NCBI GenBank assembly: GCA_000708835.1
Contig: DF237042.1
Coordinates: forward strand, 124,001 to 188,000
Source of the DNA: Klebsormidium nitens
Lineage: Eukaryota; Plantae; Klebsormidiophyceae
Direction of reading: 5' to 3'
DNA: 64,000 nucleotides
In this document: one piece after another, positions 13,071 through 24,541 of the stretch
Numbering within the stretch: position 1 is the stretch's first letter
Layout of the letters: every line of letters starts with the position of its first letter
Program-made: the position numbers and the translations under genes
The notes under the pieces: model-generated
What the model was told of the DNA's origin: nothing
Databases searched by the model: none
The model's input: the letters and a program-made list of their open reading frames with translations, nothing else

Positions 13071-14526
13071 CAGCGCTCTTAGGTATTTCAATGCGAGCCC
13101 TTTGACTTTCGTTCGTGTAACATAGGCAAGTCGGCAACAGACACCATTGCGTTTGCAACTAGTAGGGTCGACAACTGGCAAGAAACAGCACTGCGTGTTG
13201 CTTTACAAGTTGCGGGGAGCTTCAGCTTGCTTCTGAAAAGAAATGTTAGAGACGTGGAACTTCGTCCAACTTGAATTATTATCTCTGTGTACAGTAGGAT
13301 GTTATCGATTTTGAAAACTTAATGAAACCATGCTGACCATTGGTGTAACTGTTTCGAGATCATTGCTTCATCATTGCTAGACCTGGCGCCCTGCGCCTGT
13401 ACCTCCTCTTGAGTTAGTCAACCTAGCTAGCTAAGTATGCAGATTGCGCAATCGAAATATGCGCGGTGGTCAACATGGAAATTGCGACAATTGCGCTCCC
13501 GATCATCTGGTTGGATTGCAATCGATCAAGCGATATCGGAATAACATGCGAAAGTATCATACGTACCCGGTAAGAAGCTACTCGAGCCGCCTTCACGTTT
13601 CGGCCTTTGACTAATGTGCCGCGGGGCCGGCAGTTGGATCAACACTGCCGCATTGCAGGAGCGCCGCGGCCACCCGGCCCCGCGTACTAAAGGCACTGAG
13701 CCCATGGGCTTGTGTGAAAATTGCATGCTAGCTAGTCGATCCTGCTTCAGCTGCTTCACTCTTCTGTATGCTGTACGACGGTTGCACATTTGCATGGATA
13801 CCTCTTACATGTCGAAGAGCCCAGACGGGATGCCAGGGAGTGGCTCGTTTGCGCTCCTGCTCATAGCCCTGCCCCGGCCGTGAATAGATGAGTCGCCATA
13901 TATCAGTGGTGCGAGGTGCTTGAGTGGCTCAGCCGGCCGGTAATTGGCTTATGGTGCAAGTATGATGCAAAACAAACAACGATGTGCGTGATGATGGATA
14001 TCCATAACGAGATCTGCAATAAACTTATTTGGGCTTCATGTACCTGATGTTTGCGTTAGTGGGGTAAAGCCGCTTTGGGCAAAGTCGATGGGCAGATATA
14101 GCAGAATGTCACGAAACGAGGTCCGCATTATTTGCAATGCTCGGAACCCACTTGTTAGAAGAGGCCTAATTTACTGCTTAAATCCGGTTGATGCCTGAAG
14201 AAACGGGTTCAAAAGCGCACCGACTCGCACAAACGCCCAAAGCTCAGAAAAGTTTCGGCTCCGTTCTCTGTAGAGCGACTCCGCTGTGATTCCTAGCTCG
14301 AAGTCAGCTAAAGCATATTCCGGTATCTACGTTTCTTCAAAACGTCGCATACTTTCGTTCCCCCCTCGCCAAGAGCATATCTAACCTACTCTCGTCCTAA
14401 CAGGTCAGTCAAGCTATAACCTAGACGCTCTACTTCTTATAGCCTGCTGCTCTTTTTACAGCCTCGTCCCCTTCTTCTACAAGCCCAGCTTTAAAAGCTC
14501 CGAGCTGCCAGCCACGTGGCGGCTCC

Positions 14527-17500
14527 TCAGACTGCCACGTCCGCATGAAGCGCGGCCTCAGACTCGTCCTCCTCTTCCTCCGACGTCTCGCCGCCGCTGT
14601 CCGCAATCTCCTCCCCCACCTCGTGCTTCTTCAGCCTCTTGTTCAGAGAGTGGTCGAAGTGCCACGTGCTGCACATCGGAGAGCGACATAGGGTGATCAA
14701 CGGCTGTGATTTTACCCCGTCAATAGCTCCGTCAATAGGGCTGAGCGACGACAGCTTCTTTTTTCGCTCCTGGTTCTGGGCGTCGCCAATCTGCCACGTG
14801 TACTTGCAAGCAGGAAGGGCGAGGGGATATAAACGCTTCGGATTTGGACACTGGCAGTAGCTCGCAAAAGAAGCGAACGCAGCGCCAGCTTTGTTGTACA
14901 GTGGTGTCGAGGTGTTGAGTGTTGCATACAAGGGACGCAGAATGGTTTCTCTCCAAGTAACAAATTTGCGGGACAGCACTTGTTTCATGCGACGGACTCA
15001 CGGGCTGCTCCCATAAAACATCAGTCAAAGAAATGTTGACCTCTGAGCCGTCCCAACACGTTACTTGCGTACTCCTTTCAATGGTCGAAGGCTTGAGCTC
15101 TACGTTTTAGAAGAATTAGACCAAACATACGTTGCTGAAAATTCAGAGGTGCAAAGGGGTTTGGGCTTAAAGGAGTTTACCCGTGGCCCTTGCCGACGCG
15201 GCGCAGCTGGGTCACCATGCCGGCCAGCTTCTTGACGGTGATCACCTGCGAGCGCGCGCAGGAAAGTTGTTCAAAGCGCGCGCGGGTAGTGTGACGTGTA
15301 AAACCCGCGGCAACACCGGCAGCCGGCCGAGCGCTCACGTGGGCGGTTTCCGAAACAGTCCGAAAGTGCTTGTACTTGAAATGAAAGCCTCAGCGACGGG
15401 TGCAAGGAAATGGAGAAAGGGAACAGAAAGAGCACAAATGCTTCACCGCTCGGCAGGTCAGTCCCTTGCTAGATCGTGAATACGTGCTGCCAAGAGAAGT
15501 GGTTGCATCGAAATGAGGAAGAGCGCAGACTGGAGCAAAGTTTAGGAGTTCAGGCCCAGCACGGATACGTATGGTTGAGCAACCTATTCTTTATACATGT
15601 TATACCGAAAACAAACATTTTCCTCACAAAACAGCTAACAAGAATACGGAGCAACGGTACTCTAATGGGGGAGTGCAGACGTGTATCCACCGCGGAAAGT
15701 TGAGAGCAGGGGAGCTGGAAATGTTCCTCCAATCTTAGTTGCGTACTTCTGGGTTGAGCCGCAATTTGAAATAAAAGATGAAGGGATCTTCGCGTCGGGG
15801 TATTTCAAGAAACTTTGACTGTGGCTCCGAAGGGCAACCTGACAAGTCCTCTGAGAGGACACTTTCTTCCCAGAAAATATCGTTGCATCATGGCCACCTT
15901 TCAAAAGTGAACCAAAACAATCGGGGTTCACGAAGTGAGAAGCAGCAACGGGCACTTACACCCAAACAAACCGCCGTACAAGCTTGTCCAAAACAAATTT
16001 TGGAACATGGATCTCACTGAGAGCAGTGGTGGATCGTGTGACGCATCTTTTCACCAAGATAGACCGATTTGAAACATACCCTGTTGCAACAGCGAAGACG
16101 CGAAAGAACATTCAGAGCTGGGCGAAGATGAACAAAAATCATTATATGCGGAGAAACTTTGAAAAAGATCAAAGATGATTGAGAAGGGAGTTTAATGCCT
16201 CACCAGGGGATGGATGAAGCCGTCGGTGAGGTAATCGGAGAACTCGTCGTCGTTCTCTTCGGCTGCCAGCTGCGAGGCATTAAGACTCCCATCAGCTCTG
16301 GAACGAGAAGCTTTGTTGCGGCTCTCCAATAAGTCGAACTATCCCCCTGGGTTATTCTAGGAATTCCTACTCGCGTGAACCACTTGTAGCAAGCACATGA
16401 GCGGCGGATCGAAAGTGATACAATCAAAGCTCGAAAAGAAAGCTCGAAGTGAGCACTAAGCAGAAAGCTTTACCCAATCTACTGACGGACGCTCTACGCG
16501 CAGTACCACTTTGCAGATAAAGTTGTGAGAGAGCGACGTCGCTGCACTACTGTAGTTCTTGGGTCCTCTGACTGAGGGGGTTCTCTTCGGTAAATCATCC
16601 CTACGAATCGGCGAGGCTGCTGTTATGGAAGGAGATCTCTGCGACTCGGCAAGGCAACCGCGCGCTGCAACCAAGGGGGATAAGTTGCGCTTTACACGGA
16701 AACGATTTTGTTACATCTGAGCGCGTCATCCGTATCCTACCAACAGTAACGCAGCGCACTAGAAGCTGGTACGTGCCTGGTTAAGGTCGCGGAGCTTCTC
16801 GTTGTGGACCTTGAAGATTGCCAGAACGATCTCCATGGCTGCACAGGGGAAAAATAGAGATTTCGTTAGGATTCCGCCGACCAAATTGAAGACCAGAGCG
16901 AACGGAAGTGCCGTGTTGAACACATTTGTAAACACTCTGACAGGAAAGGGCTCTTTCGGGAACGGAGCCGAAGATAAGCTACCAAGGATTTAAAGGCAGG
17001 TTCACGGGTTTTGATCGGCCGCTTGCGTAAGCATGAATCTGCGTACAATTCCAGAAGTAGACAATACTGGTGTGTCTAGAGCAGTCGCTCACTTGCCAAC
17101 GCTCACAAGAAAAGCCACGAAGCGCAGCGGATTCCGCTTTCGAGCCCGGAACTTACTGTAGAGCGCCTCGCCCTTTTCTTCGTGGTCGAACTCAGACTCC
17201 GGCTGCCCGATCTGGTACAGCACCACCTTCCCGCCACGCAGGCCCTGCACGTCGTGCTCATTCACGTTTCTGAGATGATAAACTTACGAAGGTTGCAAGT
17301 AAAAATTTGAACGGAGCTCGTTTCTAACGGAGTACCACATTGTGAATTGCTCAATTTCCGACAAAGTGTGAGGACGCAAGTGGTTGACTGGACAGGAATC
17401 ACCTAATTGCATTCAGGAAGTCGGAAAGGGATCCAAAACGCGAGAATATTGACACGGCCCAAAGTCTTGGATGGGCCGAATTGGACTTGAATGGGCGGTT

Positions 17501-19336
17501 GAAAAGCGCTCAGCCATCTGAGGAGTGGGGGGCTTTCGGTGATCCGAGGCAGTGCAAAATTACAGAACGCTGGGCCGGTAATCTCTACTGCCCAACTCAA
17601 TACAGCCCACGTCCTGACTTTCTTCCGAAGAGAAGCTAAAAAGTGAAGAGAATAAAGGACTGAGCCGCGGTTGACTTCCTAACAGGGCAATCAGAAAGTC
17701 CACCGTTCCTCGAAACTCGGAAAGAACATCGTGAGAATGACTTGTGCCGTGCTTGTTCAATTTGTCTGTGCTTTTCGATGGTTCAACTTTATGGAAAACC
17801 AGCCGTCTCTTCTATCAATCCTTTCGCACACCGCCCGGAACTATGTCTGTATCTGGGATCCCTCGTGATCATTCCATTTAGGTCATCCGTGCCGTTTATC
17901 AGGCAATTGAGTAAGTTTGCAAAGCTATTTGCTTAGGCGGCGATGGAAAAGAACGAAAGAAATGGTCTCGTACCTGGTAGCGCGACAGCTCCATCGCGCA
18001 GGTGCGCTCTCGGTCGCTCCTGTCGGCGTAGAAGCGCGCGAGGCCCTTCAGGGACACGTAGTCGCGCGCGCAGAAGCTCGCGAGCGAATGGAGCGCGTAC
18101 GACATAGCGTATGAGTGGCTGGAGACATGCAAAAAGGGGTAGACATACGAAGGGAAGCTCGGAAACATTTGGATTGGAAGGAAAGAGGAAACTTGGAGAT
18201 CGGAGCAGAGTTTGTTGGTTTGAGGCGAAAGTCAGATTGGGCGCCAGCACGTGAATGTCGAGACTGCAGATCTCAAGCTAGTGAGACAGAAAGGTGGGGG
18301 CAGAATGAGCGAGGCACTCTCGGGCCGCGACTAACTCTGAAGGGAACTAGGTGGAGCAAACCAAAAACCAGGTTTCAACTAATATGTGTATGTCGACTGG
18401 TCCACCAGAACAGCAACGCAACGGAGAGTTTTGGCTTTGCCCGTAATTAGTCCTGGGGGGTTCCCCAGTACTTCTCTGAGGTTTCTCCTGTGTGAATAAA
18501 GAACAATATCATCTTAAACACAGGTTGATAATACAACCAAGCCCCCCTCTGATCTAGGGGTTGCGACATTCATCAGGTTGATGGATGCGCCAAGCAGAAC
18601 GTGTCTGGTGCCTTTCTTGAGGACCGCAGTTTCAACTTCCGGCAGCGCTGAGAAGAACTGAAGGCCCACGGGATGAAAGGAACGAGACTCTTGTGGAGCC
18701 CTCACTTGATGATGTCATTGAGGCCCGCCTCCCGCTTGTCCGACCAGCGCTGGCGCGCAAACGCGCCGAGGCGGCCCTCCTCGGGCACCAGCTTCTCCAG
18801 GCCCAGGGCCTTGATCTCAGCGATGACGTCATACACCTGGGACGGAATGCGCGCGCGCAATGGGGTGTCTGAAGATGATGGATTCAAGCGGCCCTCAATT
18901 CAGGCATCGCTTATGAGTCATGCGCGGGATACGCCATTTTCTTCTGCCGTCTGGAAGCGCTTTGAGGGAAGAGGTTGCTGGGCGAATATCCTCTGGTTTG
19001 CATCAAGGTTGTTGGAGGACTTCCTGTGCTCTCGTTTCGGTTGGTGGGTCCGTGGCTGACTTCCAAGGTTGCTTGCATGATGAGCGACTTTTCAATTTTC
19101 GTTGGAGGCATGGGGGCGTCTCCAAAATTTGACGAAGCGCAACTCACTTTTAAAGGCGCTGCCAGCCATCACGTTCTTCACGGGAAAGCCAAAAACTCAT
19201 GACGAAACATAGCGCATCAGGAACCTTCCATTCTGGACCCACTTCCGGAGGAAAGAATAGCTGCGGAATGTTAGAGAGCGTTTGCATTCTCAGTGAAGCG
19301 TCTCACCTTGTCTCCGGATGCCCCTTCCTTCGCCAT
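14527..19336 (-). CDS. Ferritin-like protein A (242 aa): no transit peptide, degenerate ferroxidase centre, acidic C-terminal tail
   Basis: Exons 19307-19336, 18706-18836, 17974-18118, 17157-17244, 16777-16838, 16204-16269, 15181-15245, 14527-14668 (729 nt). Motifs: [81 protein letters not shown]. These are unmistakably plant-type ferritin. An in-frame stop (~19450) lies upstream of the ATG, and the ATG context is aacATGg. Confidence 0.92.
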
Positions 19337-20414
19337 GTTGCTTCGTCTCTCGATGGTGATGTAGGCGATTGAAGAGCAGTCCAAGGGGTATACGAACGCT
19401 CGAAATAAGCGCCTTAAGCGGGCTTGCGTTGCCAATATCCAAACGTTTCAAACTTCTTGGGCGCAACGAGGCTGGAGTCTGCTGTGCAGAAGGAGCCGAA
19501 TTTTGGTCACGACCAGCAGCAGACACGTGGACGCAGGTCATCTTGACTCGAGCGGACAAACCTGGAAGTCTATCCTAGTGACATTTTTCCAGCATGCCTT
19601 TGGTCTGATCTTGTAAGCTGCCGGTAAGCCACAGTCCGTGACGAAAACCAGCGAGACCTTCAGTAATGAGTCGAGCCTTTCGAGGTACTCATCAGCAGAT
19701 GCTCCATACGGTGAACATGTACCTGTCACGCTTGCATGATCTTATGTGTCATCTCGAGATGCGCGCCAATCAGCATTAACTGCTCAAGCTCCTGTTGCTT
19801 CTCTTGTTTACAGTGCGAGTTCCGGTCGCCGGCGCTCGTGCATAGGTAAGCTACTGTAGCTTTGAATTTCACATGTGCTGGCTTGTGCTCAGCTTGCACG
19901 CAAACCAGCAGTCCGTAGCTAGACCGCCCCGGCGAGCCAGAACCTGCGCTCGGTCGGATTGCGCGGCCGCTGAGCCGTTTTTCGCGGCCGCCGTTGACAT
20001 ACGGTGACGGCTTCCGGATCGCCGATTTTCCTGCCTCAAATTTGACGGCATCCGAAACTGGAAACAACGTAACATCGCAGCCGTCCGCTGAACGCCTGCG
20101 GGCCATCAATGGCGCATGCATGCACGACGCCACAACCCCGTTCGCCTCCGGCCGTCGCCGTCGCGGGGCCGGGGTCAGTCCGTGTTACTGAGCTGCATGC
20201 AAACTTCGCTGCGCAGCAAGTGACCAAGCATTGCGATTGGAGAAGAAGCCTTCCTCTGCCGCTCTTGAATCACATTACCCATTTAGACTATTTGCATGCG
20301 CGAAGCTCACCACCTCCTTTGAGCTCGCAGGACAGTGGGAGAGGAGCTGAAGATCAGTTGAACTTTATTCGTGATAAAGTCGGCTGCGAGCCCGGTTCTG
20401 TACCTGATCTCAAA
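19337..20414. promoter_or_regulatory. Putative bidirectional promoter/5'UTR region between the divergent ferritin-like genes
   Basis: 1078 bp between the two ATGs, with a GC/CpG-rich core at about 19920-20200. Inferred from position only. Confidence 0.55.
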
Positions 20415-23400
20415 ATGGCGGCGCCAGCTTCGTTAATGAGGATCGTCTTTCCGCTTCTGAGCCGGAATTCTTCGAACTTTCTGAGAAGCGGAGTCCTTCT
20501 CAACGGCCCGCCAAGCTTTTGGCAGCTCGAATCGGTCTCAAAGTTCTCTACTCTGGTTAGAAGCAGCAATCTGAGCGGCCTTCCAAAGGCCAACAAGCTA
20601 TGGACGAACGAGGCAGCTGAGCTCATCCCTGAGAGGCTTGTGACGTCATGTGCCCTTGCTGCAATCAGCGGAAGGCCAAAGATCGAGCTGGTACTGGAGA
20701 GGGGCGCCCATAACGAGGCTGGGAAGGTGAGACTTCGTGCTTCCCAAGACCCTGAAGGTGAATCTAGAAGATGGCGATCTGGTTAAGTTTCCAGTCAGAT
20801 AGGGCAACATGCTTCATGAGTTGCTGGATTGCCTGTCCTGAAGGCAATGCTGTTAGGATGCTCTAATTCTTTGTAAGGGAAGCTCCTTTGATTGCGAATT
20901 GCACTCAGAACACCCGTGGAGCACAACAAATAGAGATGCTTTGTGTAACCAGAGCTTTTGAAGAAAGTTTTTCTCGTGCTACTAGGTTGCAGCTCCTGGG
21001 TTCAGATCATAGCAATAGCTTTTGTAGAGCAACTAGTGTCATTTTGAACAAATGTTTCTGGGTTAGCGAAACCTGAGACTGACTTGCTTTCAAAATCGAA
21101 GGATGGCGAACAAGTTGTAATACGACCAACTTCGACCAAGCCGGAGAAAATTGCAGATTTTATCAGAATGCAGACAGTTGCGGAGAACGGTTTACAGGTT
21201 ACCATCTGGAGAAAACTCGCTCAGATAGCACCAGAGCTCTAAGTCAGAAAGTGGGACCAGAATGCAGTATTTAACCACGTATGGGGGAAAAAATCTGAAG
21301 CTGACAAGGTTTCGAGGGAAGTGGTCCTTCAAAGGAATCCTTGCTTTCGGCTATTGCAAGATCCGCTTGCAATTGGTCAAAATCCTCCGGCTAGCATCCC
21401 TCTTCCACCCTTTCACTGTCTTTGAAGTAGTGACCTGTTTCCACGAAAGAGATCAACCGTTGTTGTTGGATACATTTTTAAGGTCGGAAGGGTAATCCTC
21501 CTACTTTGGATTGGATTATAAGCAAACGCCCAACATATCTTCTCAATACGGATCGTGATCTTCGTACTTGTACCCGTTGCTCTTCAGGTGTACGACGTCC
21601 TGTCCGAAGTAAATTCCGTCGGGCTCGAAAATCTGGTTCCCGCTGATGGTACGAAGGAGAGCATCGTCCGCCAGGAGTGGCCGAGCAAGCTGGAGAGCGG
21701 TCTCAACGACATGATCAAGTAAGCCAGCAGTTAGCGTGCAGCTAAAAAAGTTGCACAGTCAGTCGAGTAAAACTGCTATTGTGTTGGCCTGTGCCTTGCA
21801 AAGGTTCCCGTCTTCTTTACACTTCGTTTGCGTTTTCGGGCATCACTCTGCGAATGACAGACAAGTCTTTGAGCAGCACATTCCGACCTCACTCCGTTTC
21901 CATCGTTAAAAAGTAACGCGTTCACCGCAAAGTCACGCGTACAGAAATCCTCAAGCTCCTGAAAAAGGGAGGATGCGAGCAGAGATAATGCACGAAGAGC
22001 AGAAGAGCCAGGACTTTCTTCGAACTGATTCGACGACATTTTCCGCCCCCGTTTTTTCCCGCAGCGTGTCCTACAGCATCTCGTATGCTCTGCACGCCCT
22101 CTCGAGCTACTGCTCGCGCGACTACGTCAGCCTGCGCGGCCTCGCGCGCTGGTACATCGACCGCAGCAACCGGGAGCGCGCGGACGCGCTCGAGCTGTCG
22201 CGCTATCAGGTGCGAAATGCGCGGATTCTAGGTCGTAATGTTCCAATCCACAATACTGTCGAATTAGAAGCGAAGAATGACGCAGAGGGGTTTTGAAGAC
22301 ACCTGTGTCCGTCAAGGAAGACGTCTTCGAATCTGCCCGAGTAGTGTTCGTAATTTGCAGCTTTTTCCGGGTTTCAAGCGGCACCTCACATCGGCTCTTA
22401 AAAACAGAAGATTTGCTTTGTCTGCTCGATTGATTGCCCGTCGATCCTCTTGCAGTTGCACTTTCGGTCGAAGTTCGAAACGTCGCTCTTGGTCTGCTAA
22501 GTTCCAGGTTTATTTTCTCGTGAGCTGGGAGAGCCTACGGTCGCCAAAAGAGCGCGTTTGAGGCGCCCGGGGATTTTTTTTGAAAAATGTTTGTGTTTGC
22601 ATTCTTTGTGACGGCCATGTATCGGGACGCTTCATCTCTAAAACTCGGTCCGCCATAGACAAGAAGGACGTCGTCTGCAGAGTCTCCGTGGCGGGAAGAC
22701 GATGCTCTGCCCCATCGGCGAGTCCCAGACCGACTTCGACCATGATCAAAAGGGCGACGCCCTCTACAGTAAGACTTTCTGACCTTGCGTGAAAAGAAGC
22801 CTGACCTCGTTCGCTCACGCCCCTGTCCGAAGCAAAAAAAACCTGCTTTAGCACACGTTGATGCATCGGTGGAGATCTTGTCAGAACAGATCTGCGACAA
22901 AATGGGTTTATGGCTACTTGATTAGTTTTGAATTTTCCTCAAGACTTCGTGGCATAAGAAGAAAACTGAGGGGTCTGTCTTCAATGGCAGCCGTGGTGCA
23001 GCGACGCTGTTCCGCCAGACGTCGTATCCAACTTCGGACGAGGCTGGTCGGAGTCTAGCCGGCCGACAGGTTGGCTTGCGGACCTCACTTGCACCAGTTT
23101 CAGGCGGCACCAAAGTCTGGGACGTTTTGAGAACCAACAGTCACTGAGATGTCACGTCGTCCTTTGCGTGCAGCGATGGAGCTGGTTCTTGCCATGTACA
23201 AACTCCAGGAACAGAAATTCCGAGACCTGGCGCGGGTAAGTCTCACAACCAACGACTATATTGTGTGGTATGGACATGGCACAAAGTGAGCTGAAAGCAG
23301 TCTTCCTGTGGTCGTATTTGACATCAGAACATTGCCCTTGAAGCTAGGGAGTAAAGGGCTGCAAGGTGCACAGGTTGCGAGTTGATTCCAGGTACCGGAC

Positions 23401-24541
23401 CGCCCCCGACCTCACCGTTTTCATGTTAGTCCGCGACCTCAGATTTCGGTGCGATATTGGGAAAGAGCTCAGATTTTGGTGCAATATTGGGAAAGAGCTT
23501 TGAAAGCTGGTGCAAGGGGGTAATTTATAAACCGTTCTTCAGACACAGCCGAAAATTTGAAGAAGGTCATCTGGTGTGAATCAGCTTCAATGAGGAGAAG
23601 GGTGTTTCGATGTGCAGCTAGCAGACGAGGAAGGGGATCAGGAGTTCTCGGACTTCATCACCGACAGTTTTCTCAGCCACCTGGTACGTTCCACCTCTCC
23701 TCACGAATCTCTTTCTCTCCCGTGCAATCTTCGCTTATGCGATTCGAGGACGAGGTTCGAAGTTACTAGTATCGTTGCGTGGCTGAGGGCTCTCCGTGAG
23801 ATCCTTGAGGGCTCCCCTTTTCTGCCTTTGTCTCGTGTGCGGTACACTTCCCCTCCGACTCTGACGATTTAGGATGTCGAAGTGCTCTCGTAGTCAAAGC
23901 CGTGGCAAGTTGTCGATGAGACGAAGCGCTATTCCCTTCTCAGCGTGCGCCACGTGTCGATGTGCAGACCGTCCTCGTGAAGAAGACCGCCGGCTACGTG
24001 GCGCAGCTGCGCCGCGTCGGCAAGGGGCACGGGTAAGAGCGTTACTAAAAACCCGCTCATGGAGTCTCGTAGGCTTTGACTGGAACGCGGCCTCGCTCCT
24101 AGCTGCGCAGTAACATTACTTGAACCGAGAAGCCACGACATAGGTCATTGCGGATGCTCTCTTTTTAAGAGATGGATGGCCTTTTCAATGGGCCTTCCCC
24201 ACCTCTACTTTCTGGCTCCGCCAAGTTGACCATAAGGCCCTTGAAGACCAGGGCTTCTGGTAAGAGGTCGAAGATTAGGAGAAATTAGCCTTTGTCGTGA
24301 ACCTTATTCCGTCCTTGTTCGTGGCCGACGTAGAGGCCGCAAGAAAAGGAAGCGGGGATGCCCCCCCGCTCAAGAACAGAACAGGGCGGTTACGTCTACC
24401 AGGCAGTGACCGGGCTAACTAACGCACCCCGCTTGCCGCAGCACGTGGCACTTCGACCACTACCTGCACAAGAAGCTGGAAGGGGACCACGTGGGGGACG
24501 AGTTACGTACCGGGCTGCACGAACTTGAAGGGACGAAGTAG
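20415..24541 (+). CDS. Ferritin-like protein B (322 aa): ~100-aa organelle-targeting-like leader, degenerate ferroxidase centre
   Basis: Exons 20415-20726, 21588-21718, 22065-22209, 22681-22768, 23174-23235, 23618-23683, 23968-24032, 24442-24541 (969 nt). The six internal exons are the same lengths as in A (131, 145, 88, 62, 66, 65). Motifs: [49 protein letters not shown]. The leader MAAPASLMRIVFPLLSRNSSNFLRS.. is Ser/Leu/Arg-rich. Confidence 0.92.
23441..23500. repeat. Two-copy 29-bp tandem repeat in a ferritin B intron
   Basis: agatttcggtgcgatattgggaaagagctc followed by agattttggtgcaatattgggaaagagctt. Confidence 0.85.

Noticed and set aside
20123-20133. cacgacgccac resembling the ferritin iron-dependent regulatory sequence
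   Set aside because: Short partial match in GC-rich DNA; expected by chance.
14527-24541. Ferritin-like genes as pseudogenes
   Set aside because: Both have open frames, valid splice sites, identical internal exon sizes and shared substitutions.
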